From the NCBI GenBank assembly GCA_938082545.1, contig CALKCL010000015.1:20025-84024 (forward strand): a stretch of DNA of 64,000 nucleotides, in the 5' to 3' direction. Under the pieces are notes generated by a model that was given only the letters and a program-made list of their open reading frames with translations, ran no database searches and was not told the origin of the DNA. The position numbers were made by a program, and so were the translations under genes. The DNA is from an uncultured Gammaproteobacteria bacterium (lineage in GTDB: Bacteria > Pseudomonadota > Gammaproteobacteria > Ga0077536). How positions within the stretch are numbered: position 1 is the first letter of the stretch; each line of letters opens with the position of its first letter. This document shows, piece after piece, positions 8,280 through 17,346 of the stretch.

Positions 8280-10031
8280 ATGGTAGGGGTTACAACAAAA
8301 TATACTATCTTGCTTGATGGAGAAATTTTACCATCGAAAGAGCTCGTTGGCGGAAAAGCCTGGTCGCTTTGTCGGATGAAGAGTATGGGATTGTCTGTGC
8401 CTCCTGCGGCAGTAATTACGACGACTGCTTGTTTTGAGTACCTGAAAACCGGAGTTTTGCCGTCTGACTTACGTGCTGAAATTCGAGATGCGGTGACTGC
8501 ACTAGAGGATCAAACTGGGCGGCAATTTGGGGGAAAGAAACCACTACTACTATCTGTGCGCTCAGGGGCTGCGGTTTCTATGCCGGGGATGATGGATACA
8601 GTTCTCAATTTAGGAATAAACAGCAGTGTCGAAGAAGCCTTGGCGTTAGAAACTCAGGACGTGGAGTTTGCACGAGATACGCATCGACGCTTTTTATCTC
8701 TTTATGCTGACATTGTTTTGAAAAGCTCAACCCTTGTTGCGGTAGATGATAAAATCGAGTCTATTTTAGATCGTATTGCAAATGAGTCAAAAATGGTCCC
8801 TGACTGCCCTTATGAGCAGCTTTTTAGTTCTGTTGAGGCGGTGTTTTCTTCCTGGAATTCACGACGTGCTAAGCGGTATAGAAAGCATAACAAGATTTCA
8901 GATACATTAGGCACCGCAGTTGTCATCCAAGCGATGGTCTTCGGTAATCTGGATGATGATTCGGGAACGGGCGTCTTGTTTAGCAGGAATCCTTTGAATG
9001 GGGTTAAAGAACCTTATGGCGAATACCTTAGTCGCGCGCAAGGCGAGGATGTGGTATCTGGCACCTGCACACCTGAGCCGATTAGCGCGTTGCAAGATAA
9101 AGCCCCAATCCTTTATCAGGAACTAATTAGATCGGCAGAAGCTCTAGAGCGCGAAAATACAGACGTACAAGATATCGAATTCACTATTCAGAATGGTAAA
9201 CTTTTTCTCTTGCAGTCTCGCGCTGCCAAACGCTCTCCCGAGGCTGCGGTGTCTTTTGCAATTGATATGGTTGATGAGGGGTTAATAAACAAAGAGACTG
9301 CTTTATCCAGGGTGTCTTCAGAACAAGTGCGCACCCTTTTAATGCCGAGGTTGGCTCAGCACCCTGATAGCGCCCTCTCTGTGCTGGCGAAAGGTGAGTC
9401 GGCTTGTTACGGTGTTGGAATCGGGTTAGTCGTAGCCTCTTCTGATGAAGCGGAACGGCTTGCGGGTGAAGGTCATAGAGTAGTATTAGCTCGAAGTACG
9501 ACGAGCCCCGAAGATGTTCATGGAATGATCGCGAGTTGTGCGGTGATTACGGAGCAGGGTGGTTCTACTTCTCATGCCGCGGTCGTCGGCAGGGCTTTAG
9601 GTGTGCCATGTATCGTTGGTTGTGGAGAGAATCACTTATCGAGCCTTATAGGTCAAATGGTCACAGTCGATGCCACCGAGGGCATTGTGTATGAAGGGTG
9701 CCTAAATGTCGAAGAACCTAATGAAAAAGATGATTCTAGATTAGTTACGTTGAAGCAATGGGTAGATGAAACCTGCTCTGTTAGAGTGATTTCCTGTGAG
9801 GATAGTGTCGCAAGAGAGGCTTTAAATTTGGATGACGTTATTGGTTGTGATGATCTGTCTATTTCTAAAGAAGCATTGCAAGGTAACGAGTCTGTCAGAG
9901 GAAGTATGATTGACTCTGGTAAAGGGGTCTCCAATGCGATCGAGGCTGGAGTGAAGATTTTGGCGACAAGATACCCTTTAGCGGTTGCTTTGACTGTACA
10001 GGAATACTACAAAGATATTATTAATACTTAA
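8280..10031 (+). CDS. pyruvate,phosphate dikinase-like phosphotransferase lacking the C-terminal PEP/pyruvate TIM barrel
   Basis: PPDK N-terminal ATP-grasp motifs are present: VGGKAWSL, LLLSVRSGAAVSMPGMMDTVLNLGIN, GTAVVIQAMVFGN, AQGEDVVSGTCTP, DIEFTIQNGKLFLLQSR. The phospho-His swivel domain is also present (TSPEDVHGMI...GGSTSHAAVVGRALGVPCIVG). Only about 110 aa follow the His domain, against roughly 350 aa in PPDK. Confidence 0.8.
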   Translation: MVGVTTKYTILLDGEILPSKELVGGKAWSLCRMKSMGLSVPPAAVITTTACFEYLKTGVLPSDLRAEIRDAVTALEDQTGRQFGGKKPLLLSVRSGAAVSMPGMMDTVLNLGINSSVEEALALETQDVEFARDTHRRFLSLYADIVLKSSTLVAVDDKIESILDRIANESKMVPDCPYEQLFSSVEAVFSSWNSRRAKRYRKHNKISDTLGTAVVIQAMVFGNLDDDSGTGVLFSRNPLNGVKEPYGEYLSRAQGEDVVSGTCTPEPISALQDKAPILYQELIRSAEALERENTDVQDIEFTIQNGKLFLLQSRAAKRSPEAAVSFAIDMVDEGLINKETALSRVSSEQVRTLLMPRLAQHPDSALSVLAKGESACYGVGIGLVVASSDEAERLAGEGHRVVLARSTTSPEDVHGMIASCAVITEQGGSTSHAAVVGRALGVPCIVGCGENHLSSLIGQMVTVDATEGIVYEGCLNVEEPNEKDDSRLVTLKQWVDETCSVRVISCEDSVAREALNLDDVIGCDDLSISKEALQGNESVRGSMIDSGKGVSNAIEAGVKILATRYPLAVALTVQEYYKDIINT

Positions 10032-10057
10032 GACATAAAATGTAAGGAAATGATGAT

Positions 10058-10558
10058 ATGGCTAAGCCTCCTAAAGGAGACATTGAAAGTCTAGTTCGAC
10101 AGTTTGATTCATCTGATTGGACTGAGCTGCATATTAAAACGAATGACTTTGAAGTCTATTTGTCTACAAATCCAAATTCTTCGAAGCCGGGCGGGCAGGA
10201 AGATGCAGCTACGCCAGTGAATGCCTCGGTCTCGACTAGCAATGTTGGTTCGAAGGTAGAGTCGGTTGATATAGTGAAGTTAAAGACTGAATCAGCGCGT
10301 AGCGTTGTGCCAGAGGGAATGGTCGGGGTGACCGCCCCAAATTTAGGGACATTTTATAGCGCGCCAAAACCAGGTGCTGCCCCATATGTGAGTGTCGGTG
10401 ATCGGGTTACTGCTGATACAGAAGTGTGTTTGATTGAAGTAATGAAGCTTTTTACTCCAGTAAGATCGGGCATAGATGGCGTGATTAAAGAAATCTGCGT
10501 TGCTGATGCTGAGATGATTGAGTACCAGCAGTTGTTGGTCATCATCGACCCAGCTTAG
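10058..10558 (+). CDS. biotin carboxyl carrier protein (BCCP)
   Basis: The C-terminal biotinyl domain carries the attachment motif CLIEVMKLF. The linker region is rich in Pro, Ala and Ser. Confidence 0.85.
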   Translation: MAKPPKGDIESLVRQFDSSDWTELHIKTNDFEVYLSTNPNSSKPGGQEDAATPVNASVSTSNVGSKVESVDIVKLKTESARSVVPEGMVGVTAPNLGTFYSAPKPGAAPYVSVGDRVTADTEVCLIEVMKLFTPVRSGIDGVIKEICVADAEMIEYQQLLVIIDPA

Positions 10559-10565
10559 GATAATT

Positions 10566-11939
10566 ATGATCAAACGGGTATTGATAGCGAATCGTGGAGA
10601 AATTGCAGTACGGATAATTCGCGCTGCCCATTCTCTCGGGATTGAGGTGGTTCAGGCTGTATCTGATGCTGACAGAGATACCATGGCTGCGGATCTTGCC
10701 GATCGCGTCGTGGTCATAGGTCCTGCCTCAGCTAGAGACAGTTATTTGAACTCAGATCTAGTCATTCACGCCGCAAAAGTAACCGGCTGTGATGCATTAC
10801 ATCCTGGCTATGGTTTTCTTTCTGAGCGAGCGAAGCTTGCTCAAGGATGTGAAGATGAAGGGATTATCTTTGTTGGTCCTAGGGCACAAGTCATTGATGA
10901 TCTTGGAGATAAGTTGCGGGCTAGAGCTATAGCTGAGAAAGCAGGTATTCCGTTGGTTCCAGGCAGTGGTCATGTGCGTACCGTTTCTGAGGCTAGAGTG
11001 GCTGCGGAGGTCTTAGGCTTACCGGTCGTCATGAAAGCATCCGCTGGAGGGGGTGGGCGCGGCATGTTCGTCGCGCGTGAAATAGATGCTATCGATGAAT
11101 TTTTTGATCGGGCTAGCAATGAAGCACTAGAGGCTTTTGGAGATGGGACGTTATATTTAGAAAGATATATCGAAAATGCGCGGCATGTCGAAGTACAGAT
11201 TGCGGGAGATGGAAAAGGTAATGCGATCCATTTCGGAGAGCGAGATTGTTCGGTACAGAGGAGGTATCAAAAGGTAGTAGAAGAGGCCCCCTGTGTCCTG
11301 ATGTCGGATACTTTGCGAAAATCTTTACATGATGCTGCGGTCAAGCTTGTATCTTCTCTTTCTTACCTTAACGTGGGCACAGTTGAATTTTTGTTTGATG
11401 TCGAGCGAGATGCTTTCTATTTTATAGAGGTCAATACTCGTATTCAGGTAGAACATACAGTGACAGAGCAGATTACAGGAATTGACTTGGTCCAGTTGCA
11501 GTTTCGGATAGCAGGACAAGAGCCTCATTCATTGCCATCGCAAAGTGCGATTACTATTAATCGGCACGCAATTGAGTGCCGGTTGAATGCGGAGGACCCG
11601 TTCAATAATTTTATGCCTAGCCCAGGAGTCATTCAACACTGGTGCGCCCCATCTGGGGCTGGTGTCCGGGTGGATAGTCATTGCCGAGATGGCTATTTAG
11701 TTCCCCCGTATTACGACTCTATGATAGGTAAATTAGTAATTACAGCCAATGATAGAGATTCAGCGGTGCAGAGACTCAGTGCCGCGTTAGAAGATTTTAA
11801 GATAGAGGGGTTAGTAACGAACATCCCGCTTCTGCGGGCTATAGTTGATCATAAAGACTTTCGTGACAATAGTTTTAACACTAAGTGGTTAGAGCAAAGC
11901 ATGCTGCCTGAATTCGAGCAAATACAAAAAGAGGAATAG
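10566..11939 (+). CDS. biotin carboxylase subunit
   Basis: MIKRVLIANRGEIAVRIIRA, HPGYGFLSE, KASAGGGGRGM and EVNTRIQVEHTVTE are all present. I take the start at ATG 10566; the ORF-track start at 10518 overlaps the BCCP gene and adds a non-homologous extension. Confidence 0.92.
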   Translation: MIKRVLIANRGEIAVRIIRAAHSLGIEVVQAVSDADRDTMAADLADRVVVIGPASARDSYLNSDLVIHAAKVTGCDALHPGYGFLSERAKLAQGCEDEGIIFVGPRAQVIDDLGDKLRARAIAEKAGIPLVPGSGHVRTVSEARVAAEVLGLPVVMKASAGGGGRGMFVAREIDAIDEFFDRASNEALEAFGDGTLYLERYIENARHVEVQIAGDGKGNAIHFGERDCSVQRRYQKVVEEAPCVLMSDTLRKSLHDAAVKLVSSLSYLNVGTVEFLFDVERDAFYFIEVNTRIQVEHTVTEQITGIDLVQLQFRIAGQEPHSLPSQSAITINRHAIECRLNAEDPFNNFMPSPGVIQHWCAPSGAGVRVDSHCRDGYLVPPYYDSMIGKLVITANDRDSAVQRLSAALEDFKIEGLVTNIPLLRAIVDHKDFRDNSFNTKWLEQSMLPEFEQIQKEE

Positions 11940-11945
11940 TCAAAT

Positions 11946-13403
11946 ATGGCACACATACAATTTCTTGATGAAACAATGAGAGACGGGCAGCAAAGCCTTT
12001 GGGGTATGAGGATGCAGGCTGGAATGGCTCTTCCCGTAGCACCCATGGTTGATAGGACTGGTTATAGCGTGATCGACCTGACTGGGTCATCAATGTTTGA
12101 ATGCTTGATTAAGTATTGCTATGAGAACCCTTGGGAAGGCTTAGACCTTTTAGTTAACTCGATGCCAAGAACGCCTATAAGGGCAGGGATGAGGTCGAAT
12201 GCTTCAGTCACATTCGGGGTGACTCCTGACTCCCTGATGGATGCCTGGATGCGTCAACTCAATGTTCATGGCGTGAGAAGTTATTGGATTTATGATGTGT
12301 TGTTTAATATTGATAAAACTTTGCGTTTGGCTAAAGTTGCTAAAGAGTTCGGTAGCGAGGTTGCAGGTGCGATCATGTTCACGCTGAGCCCTGTCCATAC
12401 GGATGATTATTATGCTGGCAAAGCTGATAAGCTCGCCGCATCAGACGATATAGATACACTTTTACTTTATGACACGGCGGGCGTGCTTGAGAAGGAGCGA
12501 CTATCTACTCTTTTGCCGGCAATCAAAGCTAAATCTCATGGCAAACCAATAGAATTTCATTCTAATAATTTGCTGGGTCAATCAGCAAAGGCTTATCTTG
12601 ATGCCATTGACCTTGGGGCCACTATTTTGCACACGGCAGTTAAGTCAATGGCAAACGGTCCCTCAGTGCCATCTGTCGAGTCAATGGCCAAAAACGTTGA
12701 GCTGCTCGGGCACACTCACAACTTAGATACAGATCTCTTTGCACCAGTGTCAGATCATTTTGAAAAAGTTGGGGAAGCTGCTGGTTTCCTTGTTAACCAA
12801 CACGCTGAATATGATGTGTTGTCTATACAGCACCAAGTCCCTGGTGGGATGGTGGGGACTCTCAAGGCGCAATTGGTTCAAAATGGCATGAGTGACCGGC
12901 TTGATGATGTCTTAAAAGAGACGGCGGCTGTCAGAAAAGAACTTGGTTACCCAGGAATGGCGACCCCTTTTAGTCAGTTAGTAGGTACGCAGGCTGTTCT
13001 GAACATTGTTACTGGGAAAAGATATTCTTCTATCCCTGATGAGGTTATTCAGTATGCAGCTGGTTTTTATGGGGAGACCGCAGGGCCAATAGATCCCAAT
13101 GTTAAAGATATCATTATGTCATCTCCACGGGCTAAACAAGTTGTTGCTAGTCCGCCCCCGCAGCCATCGATCGAAGATTTGCGGGCTGAGTACGGTACCG
13201 ATGATGATGACGAGCTAATCTTGAGAGCGCTAGTTCCGGGTGAAGGACTTGAGAAAATGCGCAAAAGTGGGCCGGTACGAACGACTTACTCTTACTTGTC
13301 TTCTCCGGAACTACAGGAGGTTTCCAGGCTGATGAAGATTGCTCAATCTCCTTTAGTACAAGTGATTAGTGATGACTTTGAAATGACGTTGAAGCGCGGC
13401 TAA
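11946..13403 (+). CDS. carboxyltransferase, 5S / oxaloacetate decarboxylase-alpha / PycB type (HMGL-like TIM barrel), without a fused biotinyl domain
   Basis: The N-terminus FLDETMRDGQQSLWGMRM matches the xTLRDGxQS...RM motif of 5S/OadA/PycB. At 485 aa it is about 100 aa shorter than OadA-like proteins that carry a C-terminal BCCP domain. Confidence 0.8.
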   Translation: MAHIQFLDETMRDGQQSLWGMRMQAGMALPVAPMVDRTGYSVIDLTGSSMFECLIKYCYENPWEGLDLLVNSMPRTPIRAGMRSNASVTFGVTPDSLMDAWMRQLNVHGVRSYWIYDVLFNIDKTLRLAKVAKEFGSEVAGAIMFTLSPVHTDDYYAGKADKLAASDDIDTLLLYDTAGVLEKERLSTLLPAIKAKSHGKPIEFHSNNLLGQSAKAYLDAIDLGATILHTAVKSMANGPSVPSVESMAKNVELLGHTHNLDTDLFAPVSDHFEKVGEAAGFLVNQHAEYDVLSIQHQVPGGMVGTLKAQLVQNGMSDRLDDVLKETAAVRKELGYPGMATPFSQLVGTQAVLNIVTGKRYSSIPDEVIQYAAGFYGETAGPIDPNVKDIIMSSPRAKQVVASPPPQPSIEDLRAEYGTDDDDELILRALVPGEGLEKMRKSGPVRTTYSYLSSPELQEVSRLMKIAQSPLVQVISDDFEMTLKRG

Positions 13404-13409
13404 GAACTG

Positions 13410-14582
13410 ATGCGCAGAGCGGTTATTATTGATGTTGTTAGATCACCCTTTGGTAAAGGACGTGAGGGAGGCTTACTCGCTTCAGTTCACCCCGCAGATC
13501 TTTATGCTCAGGTTCTTTCTGAACTTATTCATCGTACCGACGTTGATCCTCATTTGATTGAGGATGTAATTAGCGGGTGCGTGATCCAGGTTGGGGAACA
13601 GTCTGGTAACATTGGCCGTCAAGCGGCTTTAGCTGCAGGATTACCTGAAACCACCGCCGCCGTAACTTTGGACCGTAAGTGCGGTTCTGCGCAGCAAGCG
13701 ATGGATTTTGCCGCTCAAGGAGTGATAGCCGGAGCTTATGATGCTGTGATAGCGGGTGGCGTTGAAATGATGAGCACCGTTCCTATGAAAGCAAATCGAA
13801 TGGGAAAGGATAATGAGGGTAGTATGTTCCACTCTCGCTATCCTGAGGGAATGATTCGTCAAGGTATTTCCGCTGAACTTATAGCGGCTCGCTGGAATCT
13901 TAGTAGAGAAGACCTCGATAAATTTTCCTTACGGTCTCATAAAAGAGCTGCTTCAGATGTCCGGCGTGTAAACGATATGGTGACTATCGATAGGCCTAGT
14001 AGAGTAGATCTGAAAGACGAGAGTTTACGAGCTAATACCACTATAGATAAATTAGCGAGTTTGGCTCCAGCATTTATTGATGAGTTAGCTTACAAACGGT
14101 TTCCTGAAATTTCTTGGAGCGTCACTGCGGGTAGCTCAAGTCCTGTTAGTGATGGTGCTAGCGCAATGTTGATTATGGAAGAGAAGTTGGCTGCTAGCTT
14201 GAACTTGAAGCCTCGTGCCGCTATTTCTCATTTCGCGGTTGTCGGAGATGATCCGATTATGATGTTAACAGCTGTCATCCCAGCGACACAAAAACTTTTA
14301 AAGCGGGCCGGATTGAACCTCCGTGACATTGATGCTTATGAAGTTAATGAGGCATTCGCCTCTGTACCACTTGCTTGGCAAAAAGAGTTGGATACAGATC
14401 CTGAAAAATTAAATGTTTATGGTGGCGCTATAGCTTTAGGTCATCCAGTCGGAGCCTCGGGTGGTAGATTAATTGCAAATCTCCTTCGGGTGTTGGAAGA
14501 TTCTGGCGGTCGATATGGGTTGGTTACTATGTGTGAAAGCGGGGGTATGGCTAACGCGACTTTGATCGAACGCTTGTCTTGA
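13410..14582 (+). CDS. acetyl-CoA C-acyltransferase (thiolase)
   Basis: VRSPFGKG, LDRKCGSAQQAM, NVYGGAIALGHPVGASGGR and MCESGGMANA are present. Confidence 0.9.
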   Translation: MRRAVIIDVVRSPFGKGREGGLLASVHPADLYAQVLSELIHRTDVDPHLIEDVISGCVIQVGEQSGNIGRQAALAAGLPETTAAVTLDRKCGSAQQAMDFAAQGVIAGAYDAVIAGGVEMMSTVPMKANRMGKDNEGSMFHSRYPEGMIRQGISAELIAARWNLSREDLDKFSLRSHKRAASDVRRVNDMVTIDRPSRVDLKDESLRANTTIDKLASLAPAFIDELAYKRFPEISWSVTAGSSSPVSDGASAMLIMEEKLAASLNLKPRAAISHFAVVGDDPIMMLTAVIPATQKLLKRAGLNLRDIDAYEVNEAFASVPLAWQKELDTDPEKLNVYGGAIALGHPVGASGGRLIANLLRVLEDSGGRYGLVTMCESGGMANATLIERLS

Positions 14583-14631
14583 TTATTTCTGCGTATGCAT
14601 TCACTTAATTCAGTAAATAAGGAAGAACGAT

Positions 14632-15417
14632 ATGCCAGATAGAATGAATAACAAAGTGACCATTATCACAGGAGCAGGTTCGGGGATTGGCAGAGCATGT
14701 ATGGAGCTTTTTTCTTCTGAAGGTTCGACGGTAGTTGGGTGTGGTCGCAGACAGGATGCATTGGAGGAGACTCTTCATAAAGTGACGAGTAATGGAGGAG
14801 AGGGGAGTGTTGTCCCAGCAGATCTTTCAGTTCTAGAAGATGCTGAGCGAGTTATTTCTGAGACAATCGAGAAATATGGCCGGGTGGATTGTTTAGTACA
14901 TGCGGCAAGTGTTGGATGGAGCTGGAGTCATACTAGTGCGGACTCTATGAATGACATCGCTAATACTCCTCCAGAAAAGTGGCATGAAGTGATCGGTATC
15001 AATTTGAATGCCTGTTATTACATGTGTCATGGTGTTCTGCAACATATGCTTCCAGCGGCAAAAGGATCTATCGTTAATGTCGCTAGTATTTCAGGTATAG
15101 TTGGAATGCAGACCGCCCACACTTACTGTTCGGCAAAAGGCGGCGTTATTAATTTGACTCGAGCGATGGCTAACTCGTATGGCAAGAAAGGAGTGAGGAC
15201 AAATTGTGTCTGCCCTGGCTACACGGATACACCAATGATCGCAGATGTAATGAATATATTTGACGATGAAGCTGTGGCCGATTCGATGACTCCAATGGGA
15301 CGTGCTGGAACCCCAGAGGAAATGGCTTATGGATGTCTTTACTTAGCTTCAGATGAAGCGAGCTATTGCAATGGAGTTATCTTGCCTATTGATGGCGGTA
15401 CGGTTGCACGCCAATAA
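14632..15417 (+). CDS. short-chain dehydrogenase/reductase (SDR)
   Basis: TGAGSGIGRA is the cofactor-binding motif, YCSAK is the YxxxK catalytic motif, and the length is 261 aa. Confidence 0.9.
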   Translation: MPDRMNNKVTIITGAGSGIGRACMELFSSEGSTVVGCGRRQDALEETLHKVTSNGGEGSVVPADLSVLEDAERVISETIEKYGRVDCLVHAASVGWSWSHTSADSMNDIANTPPEKWHEVIGINLNACYYMCHGVLQHMLPAAKGSIVNVASISGIVGMQTAHTYCSAKGGVINLTRAMANSYGKKGVRTNCVCPGYTDTPMIADVMNIFDDEAVADSMTPMGRAGTPEEMAYGCLYLASDEASYCNGVILPIDGGTVARQ

Positions 15418-15423
15418 TTATTC

Positions 15424-15456
15424 GTAACTCATGTAACTCATGTAACTCATGTAACT
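15424..15456. repeat. 9-bp tandem repeat (gtaactcat) x3.7
   Basis: Read directly from the sequence: gtaactcat gtaactcat gtaactcat gtaact. It lies in the 38-nt gap between two convergent stop codons. Confidence 0.95.
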
Positions 15457-15986
15457 TAAACTAGTAGATTTAGAATTTCTGATTTAATTATATCCATATC
15501 TTCAAGAGTATTGTTTTCTCTAACTAACAGATGACCTTGAAGGAAACCGTCGTTCCTAAGATATTGCAGCTGCGTGCGTCTACTCTTTATCCATTTCGAT
15601 GATTGTTTACTTCGTCTGAGCTTATTTCTCACGCTCTCTTCTTTTTGATTCGTGGTCAATAGAAAGAATTTTGCGTCGAATTTTTTTGCAATAAATTTCA
15701 GCTTAGATATAAGAGTTACTCCCTCAAAGATAATATGTCGATAGTCTTTAACTTTGAAGTTAATAAAATTCTCAAAAACCCCTGTTTCAACTGTTGAGTA
15801 TCTCCAAGAGTCTGTTCCAGAGAAAGTGGAATCGTTGTATTGCCCTAAAACCAGAATGTCATTGAATGCCGTACACTTAAAATCTGGTCCGAAGCTTATC
15901 CGTTTCGGTTCTCCTAAAGTTCTCATCATAGATTTTAGTAAATCAGATTTGCCAACTGAGGGTAGACCAATAATTGAAATAATCAT
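15456..15986 (-). CDS. hypothetical P-loop NTPase-like protein (kinase-sized, 176 aa)
   Basis: N-terminal Walker-A-like IIGLPSVGKSDL and a possible Walker B, HIIFEG. The gene looks visibly more AT-rich than its flanking genes. I recognise no family. Confidence 0.5.
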   Translation of the reverse strand: MIISIIGLPSVGKSDLLKSMMRTLGEPKRISFGPDFKCTAFNDILVLGQYNDSTFSGTDSWRYSTVETGVFENFINFKVKDYRHIIFEGVTLISKLKFIAKKFDAKFFLLTTNQKEESVRNKLRRSKQSSKWIKSRRTQLQYLRNDGFLQGHLLVRENNTLEDMDIIKSEILNLLV

Positions 15987-16073
15987 GTATCTAGTATACT
16001 TCTCTGAAACCTTACGACATGCCTCATTCTCTTAACTAGCCTAAGAGGCACGACTAGTTGTGTTCAAGCAACT

Positions 16074-16721
16074 TTAGCTTATCAGTTCAAAACTTTCGCC
16101 GGTATAAGAGAATAGACTGCCCTCACCGATGTTGTTCCATAGCCCATGAATGGACAACATTTCTGCGGCAACGGCATCACGTACAAATGGGAAACTCATC
16201 AAATTTTCCATCGATACAATTACACCTTCGTGCTCCAGCGCTCGTAATTGCTCTTCTTTGCTTTGGGAATGGTCAATGCGCTCATAGCCTGGCCGCAGGA
16301 TATCCATCCATCGACCGACAAAACTCGATTTTTTCGCCAGTTCGGGTGCGACACCCGAGCACATGTCATGACAGCCATTTACACCACCGCAATTAGAATG
16401 TCCCAAAACAACGATGTGCGAGACATGCAGGCTAGTGACGGCATATTCAACCGCAGCAGATGTGCCATGATGATCGCTGTCGGGACTAAAAGGTGGGACC
16501 AGATTGGCTACATTGCGGTGGATGAAAAACTCCCCCGCATCTGAGCCCAAAATCGCCGTGACATGAACCCGGCTATCACAACAGGAGATGACCATTACAC
16601 GGGGGTTCTGGCCTTCTTCTGCTAGTCGCTTATACCAAGCCTTGTTTTCCGCGAATTTTGTTGCCTTCCAGCCTAAATAGCGCTGTCTGAGATAGGCAGG
16701 AAGGGGAGAGGCAATAGTCAT
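16074..16721 (-). CDS. can: beta-class carbonic anhydrase
   Basis: ISCCDSRV and LGHSNCGG zinc-ligand motifs, 215 aa. Confidence 0.88.
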   Translation of the reverse strand: MTIASPLPAYLRQRYLGWKATKFAENKAWYKRLAEEGQNPRVMVISCCDSRVHVTAILGSDAGEFFIHRNVANLVPPFSPDSDHHGTSAAVEYAVTSLHVSHIVVLGHSNCGGVNGCHDMCSGVAPELAKKSSFVGRWMDILRPGYERIDHSQSKEEQLRALEHEGVIVSMENLMSFPFVRDAVAAEMLSIHGLWNNIGEGSLFSYTGESFELIS

Positions 16722-16938
16722 TCGTTCCTCGCATTTTGGTTACTGTGCGTATTTTAATCTGGTCTCTTGTGAAAATCCAGATTGAGAGGGGGTATAAACT
16801 GTATTCTTGCCTGTCTAATCCAGGAAACCAGGTTGTAAGGCGACAACGTATACAGTGAACCGTCCCAGCAGGTGCGGTAAGAGTCTACGTATGCAGACCG
16901 AACATTATTTACAATAAACTGCTGGGTTGCGTAATATC

Positions 16939-17316
16939 TTAAGCAGTATTGCTGTTGAAGATGTCCCAGTGAAGTTTCCAAGCCTTGTTTTCTAGTTTCC
17001 AGACAACGACATAGTCGGCTTGGTCTAAAGTAACCCCATCTTTATCTTTCAATGTGGCAACTCCAGTTTCAATCGCAGTTGTTCCTAGCTTTTCCACCTG
17101 TCCTGTTCTGAGTGACAGTGCTGCTACTCCAAGAGCCGCTGTGTTTTCCCAGAACTCCTGTATTGCCTTCTTGCTTTTTATCGACTTGCTGTTTGGAGGC
17201 ATAAACTTAGAATTTTTTGAGTAGCAGCTTGCTACTGATTTCATATCTCCTGCCTTAAATAAAGCAGCCAGATTTTTGTTAGCAGCCTGAATCTGTTGTT
17301 TAATACTTATAGCCAT
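16939..17316 (-). CDS. SnoaL-like / DUF4440 (NTF2-fold) protein
   Basis: 125 aa. The pattern ...FMPPNSKSIKSKKAIQEFW...YVVVWKLENKAWKLHWDIFN resembles YybH/DUF4440-type proteins. Confidence 0.6.
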   Translation of the reverse strand: MAISIKQQIQAANKNLAALFKAGDMKSVASCYSKNSKFMPPNSKSIKSKKAIQEFWENTAALGVAALSLRTGQVEKLGTTAIETGVATLKDKDGVTLDQADYVVVWKLENKAWKLHWDIFNSNTA

Positions 17317-17346
17317 TCTTGTATCCCCGTTTGTATTATTACTGAA

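Noticed and set aside
10518-10565. An N-terminal extension of the biotin carboxylase ORF (MSTSSCWSSSTQLRII...).
   Set aside because: It overlaps the BCCP C-terminus in another frame. The canonical MIKRVLIANRGEIA start is the ATG at 10566.
16754-16981. A 75-aa minus-strand ORF in the gap between carbonic anhydrase and the SnoaL-like gene. The region also has local hairpins: AATCTGG...CCAGATT near 16756-16790 and CCCAGCAG...CTGCTGGG.
   Set aside because: The ORF overlaps the SnoaL-like gene's 3' end, has no ribosome-binding site and no motif. The stems are short or have very long loops. At most this is terminator-like structure, and I cannot support a feature.
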